NCBI GenBank assembly: GCA_045586685.1
Contig: JAZNAU010000032.1
Coordinates: 1 to 64,000, forward strand
DNA: 64,000 nt
Source: Clostridia bacterium
Lineage (GTDB): Bacteria; Bacillota; Clostridia; HGM11514
Reading direction: 5' to 3'
Shown: positions 1-9,976 of the stretch, piece by piece
Layout of the letters: every line of letters starts with the position of its first letter
Numbering within the stretch: position 1 is the first letter of the stretch
Made by a program: the position numbers and the translations under genes
Notes under the pieces: generated by a model
Told to the model about the DNA's origin: nothing
Seen by the model: only the letters and a program-made list of their open reading frames with translations
Database searches by the model: none

Positions 1-25
1 TATTATTTCAAATATTTTATCATTA

Positions 26-283
26 TTATTTTCGGGTCAAAGAAACAAACAATTTTCCGGAATCAATACCGACAGTAACAAACAAGAATCGTTCGAACAG
101 ATATTGCAGTTCTTCCCTGTTAAGAGTTTCTTCTCTTCCTAAATGCAATATATATTCACCCAAATGCGGTTTATTTGAAGAATTATATTCCAATTCAACT
201 ATATCTCTGTTGAAATGTTTTTCCCATTCTCTGATAATTATTATGGATTCTTTTTCCATTTCTTTTCCAATTCCGTATTCCAT
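26..283 (-). CDS. hypothetical protein
   Basis: 85-aa ORF with ATG, downstream of the HicB-like ORF; no motif recognised. Confidence 0.5.
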   Translation of the reverse strand: MEYGIGKEMEKESIIIIREWEKHFNRDIVELEYNSSNKPHLGEYILHLGREETLNREELQYLFERFLFVTVGIDSGKLFVSLTRK

Positions 284-315
284 ATTTTAAGTTTACATAA
301 ATGTTTTCCCTACTG

Positions 316-513
316 TTATTCTCCTTTCTTCATCAATATGTAGCAATCCACATACCGATGGAAAGCATCAATGAATTCTCTCATACCTCTTCCTTCAAAG
401 CGTATGTTCTCTTCAATATCAAGAATTTCTCCCCAGAAAACCCATCTCTTCTTGTCCAATTTCACGGAACATCTATAACCATTGTATTCCAATGTTTCTT
501 CCTTTTCTTTCAT
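316..513 (-). CDS. HicB-like antitoxin N-terminal domain only
   Basis: LEYNGYRCSV...VFWGEILDI...FEG...AFHRYVDCY matches the HicB pattern (YKGY.GSV...F.G.I.....FEG....AF...VDDY); no C-terminal DNA-binding domain. Confidence 0.6.
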   Translation of the reverse strand: MKEKEETLEYNGYRCSVKLDKKRWVFWGEILDIEENIRFEGRGMREFIDAFHRYVDCYILMKKGE

Positions 514-627
514 AGGCTAAAAGTTTCTGCAAATATACGGAAATTATAGGGAAAGCTATTCCATTCGCATGTATAAGTTATGTTTTTTATTTGCCCGGTT
601 CATGATAATTTATTATTTTTGCAACAA

Positions 628-685
628 AAACTTGTAATTGCATAACAAAATAAACTTGTAACTACAAAACAATAAAAACTTGTAA
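628..685 (+). repeat. 3x AAACTTGTAA direct repeat at 24-bp period in the fic leader
   Basis: copies at 628, 652, 676, just downstream of TATTTTTG (-7 element, 614-621). Confidence 0.75.
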
Positions 686-698
686 TTCTATAATAATT

Positions 699-2210
699 AT
701 GGCAACGATAGCAGAAAAGATGGCAGAATCCCTTGAAATACTCCATCAATTACAGAAAGACAGCGAGCGGGTTGTATTGAGCGGTACTAAACAAATAAGT
801 AGAACACACCTTACCCGTTTACTGAATGCCGGCTATTTACAGGAAGTGATGAAAGGATGGTACATTTCATCTAAACCCGGAACGGAAGGTGATACAACCG
901 TTTGGTATACCTCCTATTGGTATTTCATTGCCAAATATGCTACTGAACGGTTCAATGATTCCTGGTGCTTGACAGCGGAACAGTCTCTGGATCTTTATTC
1001 GGGTAGAACTACTGTTCCTGTCCAAACCATAGTCCGTTCTCCAAACGGTAAAAATAACCTTGTCAATCTGATGTACGGGACTTCACTCTTTGATTTGAAG
1101 GCCGAACTTCCATCAATTATCCATAAGCATGAACTTTATGGATTGAACATGTACACTCTTGAAGAAGCGTTAATTTACGCTTCCCCAACCTACTTCCAGT
1201 CGAGTGAAATTTCTGCTCGGATATGTCTGTCCATGATAAAGGACGTTTCAGGTATAGTGAAAATATTGTCCGACAAAGGGGCTTCTTCCCGTGCCGGAAG
1301 ACTTGCCGGGGCGTTCCGTAATATGGGTAATGAAAAGGCCGCTGAAAGCATCCTGCAATTCATGAAGAAAATCGGATACACCGTAACGGAAGAAGATCCT
1401 TTCAATGTTGCCATGAAAACGGTTTTGCCAACCAATCTGTCACCTTATGCAAACCGTTTGCGTCTGATGTGGGAGAAAATGAAAGAGACGGTGAAAAATG
1501 TCTTTCCTTCCATTCCGGAACAAACGAAGTCTGTTGATGAATATTTGAAACTGGTTGATGAGAAATATTTGGAGGATGCATATCATTCCCTTTCGATAGA
1601 GGGCTACCGTATATCCCAGGAATTGATAGAGAAGGTACGTTCCGGAGATTGGAAGCCGGACAAGGAAGACAAGGAACACAAAAATGCATTGGTAGCACGT
1701 GGATATTACCAGGCTTTCCAAGCTGTGAAAAGAACTGTTGCTGACATCATCAATGGAGATAATGCAGGGGATGCCGTAGAAAAGGCACATGGTGACTGGT
1801 ATTTCGAAATGTGGTCTCCGTTCGTTGAAGCGAATCTGTTGAAGCCTTCAGATTTGGCGGGTTATCGGACTGGGCAGGTTTATATTAGGGGGTCTTTGCA
1901 TACCCCACTTCCTCCAACAGCCATCAATGATGCAATGGAAACGCTTTTTGACCTTCTGAAAAATGAAGAGGATTCAAGGGTACGGGCAGTATTGGGACAT
2001 TTTTTCTTTGTCTATATCCATCCTTATATGGACGGTAACGGACGCATGGGAAGATTTCTTCTGAATGCGATGCTTGCTTCAGGAGGTTATAACTGGACTA
2101 TTGTACCTGTTGAAAGGAGAAAGGAATATATGGCTGCCTTGGAAAAGGCAAGTGTCGACGAAGACATTTCGGACTTTACAAGGATTATCGCTGAGTTGGC
2201 GAGTTGTTAA
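699..2210 (+). CDS. Fic family protein
   Basis: HPYMDGNGRMGR Fic motif near the C-terminus; long N-terminal extension. Confidence 0.9.
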   Translation: MATIAEKMAESLEILHQLQKDSERVVLSGTKQISRTHLTRLLNAGYLQEVMKGWYISSKPGTEGDTTVWYTSYWYFIAKYATERFNDSWCLTAEQSLDLYSGRTTVPVQTIVRSPNGKNNLVNLMYGTSLFDLKAELPSIIHKHELYGLNMYTLEEALIYASPTYFQSSEISARICLSMIKDVSGIVKILSDKGASSRAGRLAGAFRNMGNEKAAESILQFMKKIGYTVTEEDPFNVAMKTVLPTNLSPYANRLRLMWEKMKETVKNVFPSIPEQTKSVDEYLKLVDEKYLEDAYHSLSIEGYRISQELIEKVRSGDWKPDKEDKEHKNALVARGYYQAFQAVKRTVADIINGDNAGDAVEKAHGDWYFEMWSPFVEANLLKPSDLAGYRTGQVYIRGSLHTPLPPTAINDAMETLFDLLKNEEDSRVRAVLGHFFFVYIHPYMDGNGRMGRFLLNAMLASGGYNWTIVPVERRKEYMAALEKASVDEDISDFTRIIAELASC

Positions 2211-2219
2211 GCAGATATC

Positions 2220-2251
2220 AATGAAGCCGCCCATAATTGAGCGGCTTCATT
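2220..2251. terminator. bidirectional hairpin between convergent fic and coupling-protein genes
   Basis: AATGAAGCCGC-N10-GCGGCTTCATT. Confidence 0.7.
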
Positions 2252-4411
2252 TCATTCTTCTTCCGTGTCGTCCTGATGAAGAATCTTGTCACATACATCC
2301 TGTACTTCCTGAACTATCCTGCGGTAATTGGCCGTAAGAAGTTCATTCTTTTTCTTCTCATTCCCGAACACATAGAATTTCGGAAGTTCCTTGTACATTT
2401 TCTCCTCGTTCTTGATGGCCTCCATGTCAAAGTTCGTCTTGGCAAAGAATTTGGAATGCCTGAATTCATCTTCACTTTCCACGTCCACCTTATTTCTCCT
2501 TCCCAATTTCAGTTTTCTGAAACTTCTTGCGGTCATTCCACATAACCAACCTGCCTGCATGTTGGCTATCTTGTCCGGTGGAACAAGTGGCATCATTTCC
2601 TCATTCATGGATATGGTTGTCTGGTCACGAGTGACCGAAACGCCCTTTTTAATTTGTTTGATTTTCCCGAACACGTCATTCGAAAGCCATTCTACGGTTT
2701 CCTTTCCGCTGGTGGCTGCAATAACTACATTACCGAATATATTCAGCAATGAATTGGACTGTTCCTTTCCATAGTCCTTTTCCAGCTGTTCCTTACTCTG
2801 GAATCCCAATGCCACCGATACTTTATTGGAACGTGCCGTACCTTGTAAACGGTCAATTCTATTGAAATAGAGTGTCGGAAGTTCGTCCACGATTATCGAA
2901 CAGGGATTGTTCTTTCCCTCACCTGTATTCACTTCCGAGACAAGACGGTTTAGAATGACTGCATTCAAGGCGGTAATGATTTCTTCCATTGCCGGGTCAT
3001 TGGCTATCAGCAGATATGAAGGTTGTTTCGGGTCGGAAATTTTCAGGTCAAACTCGTCACCTGAAAGGATCCAGTACGCTTCCTTGGTAATGAGACGCCC
3101 AAGATATACACGCAATGTACCCGCCATACCTTCAAGCTGGTCCATGGCCTTGTTTTTGAAGGCTGTGATATAAGGTGCCATCAACGGTGCTACATTCTCA
3201 TCCGTGTCAAGGACAGTAAAGATGGTCTCATACTGTTGAAGCAGAAAAGTAAGTACATGGGGGAGATCACCGTATCTTCCGTTCCATCTGTAGAGTTCCT
3301 TTTCCACATCATTTTCATCCGTATAATATATCTCTTCCTTTCCATCCACAACCCGTTTCTTTTCTGTCAGGATATTCCAATCCTTGTCATATGGCTGCAT
3401 GTCATAATGCACCCAAAAATAGATGGATGCCGCAAGAAAGTTTTCCGCTGCTTTTTTGAAGAAGTCATCCGCTCCTCCACCTCCGGGTTTTCCTCCTTTC
3501 ATAAGTGCCTGAATGAGAGTTACTGCAGTTTCCGAAGCCTTTCCGACAGAATCGATATATTTATGTTGGATGGGATTCACTCTTTTGGAAAATTCCACAT
3601 CGACGAAATTGATGACATTGAATGTTGCGTGTTCAGGTATTCTTTTCAATTTTTTGTTTTTTTCGAAATGATAGAAAAGTTTCCTCGCAAGTGTCGGGAA
3701 TTTATAGTCATAGACGCACATTGACCATCCTTTGGCCGCTTCCTGACGAATGAGGGGTTCAATGATGGAGAATGTCTTACCGGAACCGGGAACACCTACT
3801 ACCCATATACCTCTGAACGGCTGCTCAATATTTATCCAACCGTTGTTCATCTTTTTATTGTAGTAAAACAGGGTAGGAATGTTGATTGACTCCGGTGTTT
3901 CCACCTTCTTCCGTTCCTGTTCGAACGCTTCCCCATCCCAATTCATTCTGTCCTTCATCAGTCCGTGTTTAATTGCCTTGGAAATATTGTCCAGTGCCAC
4001 ATGTACCGCAATCGTTCCGACAAGGGAAAGAATCATGTAAAGTGTGTAATTTGTCCCAATTCCGAAGAGGGGGTAATCAATAACCATCCTGTACATCCAT
4101 ACGGACAGGATGGTAATGATAAGCCCGGATATGAACGGTACGGCCACATGCCGCTGTGGGTCAAATTCCAGATCCTTTTTTGCCTTAGTTCCAATACAAG
4201 TGACACACACCATAAGGATGATGGCCAGTCTGCTATATATGAGATTGTCGTATATACCGAATCTGGCTATCTTTCCGACAATGGTATGGAAGAGTGTTCC
4301 CGGTTCAATGAACGGGAACGGTACATACACAAGAAATTCCAAAATCAACATGATATAGACAGTAGTCCTGAATATCTTGTATATCTGCTGGATTTCCTTA
4401 CTCTCTTCCAT
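2252..4411 (-). CDS. type IV coupling protein (VirD4/TraD-like; Bacteroides MobC/YWFCY type)
   Basis: N-terminal TM helices, Walker A GVPGSGKT, YDYKFP, Walker B IIVDELPT, TARSNKV. Confidence 0.9.
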   Translation of the reverse strand: MEESKEIQQIYKIFRTTVYIMLILEFLVYVPFPFIEPGTLFHTIVGKIARFGIYDNLIYSRLAIILMVCVTCIGTKAKKDLEFDPQRHVAVPFISGLIITILSVWMYRMVIDYPLFGIGTNYTLYMILSLVGTIAVHVALDNISKAIKHGLMKDRMNWDGEAFEQERKKVETPESINIPTLFYYNKKMNNGWINIEQPFRGIWVVGVPGSGKTFSIIEPLIRQEAAKGWSMCVYDYKFPTLARKLFYHFEKNKKLKRIPEHATFNVINFVDVEFSKRVNPIQHKYIDSVGKASETAVTLIQALMKGGKPGGGGADDFFKKAAENFLAASIYFWVHYDMQPYDKDWNILTEKKRVVDGKEEIYYTDENDVEKELYRWNGRYGDLPHVLTFLLQQYETIFTVLDTDENVAPLMAPYITAFKNKAMDQLEGMAGTLRVYLGRLITKEAYWILSGDEFDLKISDPKQPSYLLIANDPAMEEIITALNAVILNRLVSEVNTGEGKNNPCSIIVDELPTLYFNRIDRLQGTARSNKVSVALGFQSKEQLEKDYGKEQSNSLLNIFGNVVIAATSGKETVEWLSNDVFGKIKQIKKGVSVTRDQTTISMNEEMMPLVPPDKIANMQAGWLCGMTARSFRKLKLGRRNKVDVESEDEFRHSKFFAKTNFDMEAIKNEEKMYKELPKFYVFGNEKKKNELLTANYRRIVQEVQDVCDKILHQDDTEEE

Positions 4412-4418
4412 TTCTTTT

Positions 4419-5084
4419 TCACTTGATGGTGATGAACGGTCTCACCGGATAGGATTCATTTTTCATGGCATATCTTACCCTTCCTTCCTGCATGGAAACA
4501 CAGTACATATAGAGAATCTTGGTGTTCTCGCTTGCCCCGTCCTGTGTGGATGATATGTACCATTCTTCTTCCATCGGTTGGCCGCCGATAAGTTCCAGTC
4601 CTTTCTTTATGACAAGTCCGCCCTTTGAAACTTGCAGAAGTTCTCCACATGATGGGAGGTGCCATCCTGTCACTCCAGCCGTTCTATATGATGAAGCAGC
4701 TTCTGCTGCCGGAACACCAATCATTTCTTCCATATAGAGGTTCATCAGAGCAGCCGTGTTCTCCTTCCCGTCCATTTTCGTTATATCGGACCCTACACCC
4801 GCAACATTCATCAATGAATCGCAATAGCAATGACTACCAATGTCTTCTTTTCCTACGGCTATTGCCTTGTATGCATCATTTTCCCCTCCGGTCATCACTA
4901 TAATCCCGATTCCGTTCATGCTGTTTCCGTCATAGGCATCCTGCGGTACTATCCTACCGTCCGCACATAATATGTTTCCCGTTTTCAGGGAGTAGTCAAT
5001 TTCCGGTACATGTTCCTCACAACTGCTGATGGCGAGTGCCATACATGCCGCTAATATTGCTGTAAATACTTTCCTCAATTCCAT
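4419..5084 (-). CDS. lipoprotein with DUF1566/CLec-like domain
   Basis: lipobox AISSC; DGKENT, GWHLPSCGEL, WYISST, VRPF motifs. Confidence 0.65.
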   Translation of the reverse strand: MELRKVFTAILAACMALAISSCEEHVPEIDYSLKTGNILCADGRIVPQDAYDGNSMNGIGIIVMTGGENDAYKAIAVGKEDIGSHCYCDSLMNVAGVGSDITKMDGKENTAALMNLYMEEMIGVPAAEAASSYRTAGVTGWHLPSCGELLQVSKGGLVIKKGLELIGGQPMEEEWYISSTQDGASENTKILYMYCVSMQEGRVRYAMKNESYPVRPFITIK

Positions 5085-5102
5085 ATTCTATATTTATTAA
5101 AT

Positions 5103-5609
5103 TTACAAGGGAAAGCGTATGCCTACAAGAAGCCCGTTCTTGAATGTCGGCTTTCCCCAAAAAGTAACTTCATTTTTCTGCTGGAGTACAAGCTGCACCC
5201 TGTTCTTCAGCGTCATCACATATTCAAACCCAAGTTCCACGCCCAAGGCGAAGTCCCTGTTGCATGAACCCAGGTCAACACCCATGCGGAATCTTCCTAC
5301 GCTGTTCTTTCCTCTCTTGAAAGCCGGTTTGTATGCCAGCCCGAAAGCATATGAATATCTCTCCTTCCAAAAGGAATCCATACATACTTTTTCACAATCC
5401 GGACATTCGTCCCATTGTGTGGCATAGTCAACATATGCCTCCCATGCATTGTGATATGCCGTTTCCAGTTCATAGGAAGCGGTTATGTTGAAAATTCTCG
5501 GATACATCACCCCTGTATGTATTCCAAGGTATCTGTCCTTTTCTCCTGCCTGTACCTGTATCAGTCCGAACAACAGGGAAAGGATGACAATCATTCCTTT
5601 CTTTCCCAT
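5103..5609 (-). CDS. traO: TraO-like outer-membrane conjugation protein
   Basis: signal peptide, beta-barrel-like, ends GIRFPL; follows traN. Confidence 0.6.
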   Translation of the reverse strand: MGKKGMIVILSLLFGLIQVQAGEKDRYLGIHTGVMYPRIFNITASYELETAYHNAWEAYVDYATQWDECPDCEKVCMDSFWKERYSYAFGLAYKPAFKRGKNSVGRFRMGVDLGSCNRDFALGVELGFEYVMTLKNRVQLVLQQKNEVTFWGKPTFKNGLLVGIRFPL

Positions 5610-5610
5610 A

Positions 5611-6459
5611 TCAGTACCTCCATTTTAAAGATTTGTCAAATCCGTCGGCGTTCAGTACGTCGCTGTAATCCACTTTCAGGGTTATCGTTCTTCCTGAGAT
5701 GGGCTTTTCACTCATGGTGAAGGTCAGCACCTTTTCATCGGGGAAGGTAAGCTTTTCCATTACGAAAATGTTTCTGTATCCTTTCTTGAATTTCTTGATG
5801 TTCTTCATCTCAAGAACCGGTTTCAGTTCTATTTCCTGGGAGCTTGTCGCCTTGGTCTGTTTCTTGTCACAAAGCTTGATCCGTATTTCCTCAATGTCAA
5901 ACTGTATTTTACTTCTGTTGTCCACGGACACGTCAAAGAAGAAGTAATTTCCGACGGTATAGAGATTGTTCAGACGGATGGAAAGTTTGTTTTCCGTATT
6001 CGATACGTCATAATACTTCTGTTTGGAATCCCAAATCATCCAACAGTATTGGAACATGCTCTTCATGTCCATGTCCACGGCCGGGTTGATATAGCTTTTC
6101 GTTTCCTCCTGTCTGATACGGTATTCCGTTGTGGCCATATTCTTGTTTGATGTATAAATGATATTGTACTGTACGATGCTCCTTTCACCTATAATGGTCA
6201 CTACGCCGAGTTTCTTTCCGTCTTCATGCTGTTTCACGGCTTTCATACGGACGATGTTATCCCCCGGTTGATTACCTACCACATCCGTTTCCTTTGCTGA
6301 AATGTCCATCATTTTTATGTTTTCTCCGGCAACGATAAATGTGGTTATTTCTTCATGTACATACATATCCCCTTTCGGGTAGATGTTCTGTGCCTTCACT
6401 GTAACTGTTCCTGCCAATGCAATCATGCACAGGAACGCTTTAACTAATGTTCCTTTCAT
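5611..6459 (-). CDS. traN: conjugative transfer protein TraN
   Basis: DISA, LNNLYTVGNYFFF, KLTFPDEKVL, EKPISGR motifs; follows traM. Confidence 0.85.
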   Translation of the reverse strand: MKGTLVKAFLCMIALAGTVTVKAQNIYPKGDMYVHEEITTFIVAGENIKMMDISAKETDVVGNQPGDNIVRMKAVKQHEDGKKLGVVTIIGERSIVQYNIIYTSNKNMATTEYRIRQEETKSYINPAVDMDMKSMFQYCWMIWDSKQKYYDVSNTENKLSIRLNNLYTVGNYFFFDVSVDNRSKIQFDIEEIRIKLCDKKQTKATSSQEIELKPVLEMKNIKKFKKGYRNIFVMEKLTFPDEKVLTFTMSEKPISGRTITLKVDYSDVLNADGFDKSLKWRY

Positions 6460-6472
6460 CTTTATATGATAT

Positions 6473-7618
6473 TTATTGTTTACTGATAAGATATACTTCC
6501 GTATTGTATTTTATCTTCGCCTTGTTTTTACGGATATTCTTTGATATGGCCGAAGTCGTGGCTTGGAAAGCCTGTTGGAGCGACTGCATGGCTACGCTTT
6601 CCAGGCTCTGGTCACCTGTAGAGTTCATGTTCAGGTTCATGTTCATGGCCCCGGCTCCTACATCCTTCGCCAAATCCCTGAAAGAACTGCTTGGAACAAA
6701 GAACCCTTCCTGACAGTCGAGGTCATAGACATTCAGTTCCACTTTGGTTATCTCTCCGCCCACCATCATGGACTTGACCTGAGCCTTTACTCGCTGTGCG
6801 GAGAATCCGGTTACATTGGCATATACATAAGTTCCTTTCGGAACAATCGTTCCGTCTATTTCCACATCATCGGAAAGACGTATCCTCAATCTGCTTCCGT
6901 CCTTGACTTTCACCATTTCATCCACTCTCGCCCTTATAAGCTGCGGTCTGTTGTTTCCTTCTTCTACCGTATTGAAGAATCGTTCGTTCGCCCTATCCAC
7001 TTTGGTAACTTCTGCCGGAGCATTGGCCGCCGCTATGCTGTCCGCTATCTGTTTCCTTAATTCAGCCAGTTCAGCCTTGCGTATTTCAGCCTGTTTTTCC
7101 TCTTCCGTCAGGATTTTTTCCCCGTTGGCCATCCGCTGTATAAGCTGCATCTGTTTGGTCAATGCATCCATTTCCCTGTTGTTGCTGATTTCCGGTGTAG
7201 CCACGTTCACTCTCTTTTCCCGTTGTCTCAGTCTCTCGTTCTCCCGAATCATTTCCTTCATCCGTTCTTCTTCAATCTTCCGGATCTGGTTCAATGAATC
7301 TATCAGAGCCATTTCCCTTTCATCATAGGAACTTTCCAGTTCCGTTTTCTTGTCCAGTTCCATTTCCACGCTTTCCACTCCGGTATAGTCCGTCACTTTT
7401 CCGTAGTCATCGAGCATTGACTGGTATTTGGACTTTATCTTCACCTTGTCCAACTGCACTTCCGGCAAAGAGGTGTTCACATCTTCCGTAATGACGGTAG
7501 TGTCTTCCTTTGCCGTAAAATCCATCATGGCGAAAACTTGATATGCGATGAACAATACCGGCAGTATGCTTGCCGCCGGAATGATATATTTCATCTTTCT
7601 GAAATTTATTTTCTTCAT
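6473..7618 (-). CDS. traM: conjugative transfer protein TraM (VirB10-like)
   Basis: N-terminal TM, coiled coil, FFNT, GSRLRIRL, VYDLDCQEGFFVP. Confidence 0.9.
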   Translation of the reverse strand: MKKINFRKMKYIIPAASILPVLFIAYQVFAMMDFTAKEDTTVITEDVNTSLPEVQLDKVKIKSKYQSMLDDYGKVTDYTGVESVEMELDKKTELESSYDEREMALIDSLNQIRKIEEERMKEMIRENERLRQREKRVNVATPEISNNREMDALTKQMQLIQRMANGEKILTEEEKQAEIRKAELAELRKQIADSIAAANAPAEVTKVDRANERFFNTVEEGNNRPQLIRARVDEMVKVKDGSRLRIRLSDDVEIDGTIVPKGTYVYANVTGFSAQRVKAQVKSMMVGGEITKVELNVYDLDCQEGFFVPSSSFRDLAKDVGAGAMNMNLNMNSTGDQSLESVAMQSLQQAFQATTSAISKNIRKNKAKIKYNTEVYLISKQ

Positions 7619-8289
7619 TTGTTTTCCTCCTTTCTTTCCATTTCTTTCGTATCAATGAGTTCCATAATCAGTTTCATCCTGCTTATGTAGGAATTCAGTT
7701 CGAGAGAATCCTTTCTTGTGAGTTCCTGTTTTCTCTTCAGTTCCTCCACCTTTGTTCCGAGTATTTCCATCTCTTCATAGAGGGAGATTTCTTCTTCTTC
7801 CTGTCTGACGGGATTTCTTTCTATCATAATCTGCTCCAGTCTTTCCATCTTTCCGCAAATTTCCATGATTTCAATGGAATCCTGTCTTGTCAGGCTATCC
7901 TTACTGAATTTTCTCTCCAGCTGCTTGTCAAGGCTCATGAATTCCTCATACAGTGCTTTCATTTCCTGGTTCAATGCGTCCTTGCTTGTATCTTTCGGCA
8001 TGGCCACGGTCTTGATGTCTTCGGCCGTATCGCTGAAGATGTTTCCAATGCCTGAAAATATGATATTCAAGGCCAAGCAACCAATGATGATACCGAACAG
8101 CAGGGTGAAGAATGTCTTCGGATAGTTGTTTGCGAACCGGTTGAGATTTCTAATCCTGTCATCGATGCGGATTTTTTCCCCGAATCGTTCCCCTGCCTCA
8201 CAGCATTTCTTCGCCCATTCCTGTTCTTTCCTCTGCTTTTCCTCCAGTTCTTCTGGAGTAAGCTTCTTCTTGAAATTGAATAATCCCAT
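7615..8289 (-). CDS. TraL-position membrane/coiled-coil protein
   Basis: one TM plus coiled coil between traK and traM. Confidence 0.55.
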   Translation of the reverse strand: MGLFNFKKKLTPEELEEKQRKEQEWAKKCCEAGERFGEKIRIDDRIRNLNRFANNYPKTFFTLLFGIIIGCLALNIIFSGIGNIFSDTAEDIKTVAMPKDTSKDALNQEMKALYEEFMSLDKQLERKFSKDSLTRQDSIEIMEICGKMERLEQIMIERNPVRQEEEEISLYEEMEILGTKVEELKRKQELTRKDSLELNSYISRMKLIMELIDTKEMERKEENK

Positions 8290-8291
8290 AA

Positions 8292-8909
8292 TTAGAATGC
8301 GTTTTTCGTTTTATACTCCAGATCCTTGTTCTGCAAGGTCCGGTAATTGATTATCATCAACCCGTGCGGATTATTTTCCGTTCTTGTTGACTTGCTGATT
8401 TTCCCGGTTGTAACCAGTTCTCGGTAGAGGATGGATGTTCTCCTCTCGATGCGTTGTTTCCCATAATAAATGAACGACATATCATCCTTGTTGAACTTGA
8501 TGGAATCCGTCATGATGGCGAATGTCGCTGATGCGGAAATGATGTTTGAATAGAATCCTTTTTCCTGTAAGGTATTCTTCTGTGCCAATCCGGATTCATC
8601 AATCAGATACATGGATTTTTCTATGTTGTGGTTGATATACTTGTCGTCCGGTGCAAGGGTGAAGAAAAGTTGATGGAAGAGGTTGATATGTGCTTTCGCT
8701 TCCACCTCTATTGTCAGTTCCTCATCCACTTGTTTGGCAAGAATGGGTGTATCCTCGTCCAATACATAGATTCTTTTTCTCTCCGCCTGTGCGAAGGAGA
8801 AGGCCTTCAGCACCACGAGCACACAGAATATGAATGCCCCTACGATTGTTCCGATGGTAACGTATGTGTTCCATCTCTTCATTTTGTCTAAGTCTTCAAT
8901 GAATGGCAT
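8292..8909 (-). CDS. traK: conjugative transfer protein TraK (VirB8-like)
   Basis: IYVLD, FHQLFFTLAPD, RTENNPHGLMI. Confidence 0.92.
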   Translation of the reverse strand: MPFIEDLDKMKRWNTYVTIGTIVGAFIFCVLVVLKAFSFAQAERKRIYVLDEDTPILAKQVDEELTIEVEAKAHINLFHQLFFTLAPDDKYINHNIEKSMYLIDESGLAQKNTLQEKGFYSNIISASATFAIMTDSIKFNKDDMSFIYYGKQRIERRTSILYRELVTTGKISKSTRTENNPHGLMIINYRTLQNKDLEYKTKNAF

Positions 8910-8926
8910 AATTGATATCTTTAAGT

Positions 8927-9976
8927 TTATAATGTTCCCTTACTAACTGTACCGGTAGCTTTGCTTGAAGTACCTTGTATGAAGTGATTGGCTGATTGTA
9001 TCGCTGTTGATGGTATTGCCCAACTTGCAATCTCCGGAACGGTTCTTAAAGCCCATGCACCGACCACCATACCGATAATAGTCTGTATGGTTGTTCCTAA
9101 TCCGGAACTCCAATAATTCCATATGCCGGATTCTCCTTCGCTTATTGCTGTAAGGGTAGCCGTATCAACCTGGATTCCGTATTTCATCAACTGCATGGAG
9201 AGTATCATGACGAGATACGCCATTGCTCCGTAGAGCGATACCGATACCATTTTCCCAACCCATTGTGTCCATGTATCTTTCCATGCGGGGAGGATGGAAC
9301 ATACGATATAAATAGGCCCGAACATTACAAGCACAGTTGTATAGATGGCTTTCAAGAGAAAGATGAAATACACATGACACTGCCAGAATAGTTCTCCTAT
9401 CCAAACGATTGCACTTTCAATGAGATTGGCGAAATATGCTTCTTTTGCCGCCAACCATCCAGTGATGTTATCTGTAATAGCTTCAAACCCATCGCTTATA
9501 TAATCACCTATTTGCGACATAAAACTCTTATCCTCACTACCTTCTGCAGCCCGTTCAGCTTCTGCTACGGCAGCTCTTTTCTCTCTTCTTGCTTCCGCTA
9601 CGTTGTCGGCAGCTTCTTTTCTTTCTTCCCTTAATTCCACAACCCTTGTCTTTTCCTGTTCAAATTTCTGTTGGAACCAGTCTTCTATCAGATTACCCGG
9701 AGTACAGACAATGGAAACGACACCGGTCCATTGGCTCAGAATAAAGGCAAACAGTATAGGTCTTGCGATGGTAAGTATCTCAAACTTACCGTTCAGTGTC
9801 ATCATCTTGTAGGCTTGTATGGCTGCAACTATCAAAGCGAAGATTGCACCCAAACCGGATGCAGCACTTATCAGTACGGTCATGTTTGAATTTGCAAAAG
9901 TCTCAAGGTAATTGGCCAGCTCTATCATATGGTCATTGATAAAGTCCAGACCTAATGTTGCGTCCAGTGGTGTCAT
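8927..9976 (-). CDS. traJ: TraJ (VirB6-like) membrane protein
   Basis: ARPILFAF, FGPI...SILPAW..TW..W, VP.IASWAI. Confidence 0.85.
   Translation of the reverse strand: MTPLDATLGLDFINDHMIELANYLETFANSNMTVLISAASGLGAIFALIVAAIQAYKMMTLNGKFEILTIARPILFAFILSQWTGVVSIVCTPGNLIEDWFQQKFEQEKTRVVELREERKEAADNVAEARREKRAAVAEAERAAEGSEDKSFMSQIGDYISDGFEAITDNITGWLAAKEAYFANLIESAIVWIGELFWQCHVYFIFLLKAIYTTVLVMFGPIYIVCSILPAWKDTWTQWVGKMVSVSLYGAMAYLVMILSMQLMKYGIQVDTATLTAISEGESGIWNYWSSGLGTTIQTIIGMVVGAWALRTVPEIASWAIPSTAIQSANHFIQGTSSKATGTVSKGTL

Noticed and set aside
4419-4560. Second DGR variable repeat
   Set aside because: Only protein-level similarity; the nucleotides do not match the TR at non-adenine positions. No other VR was seen by eye in the window
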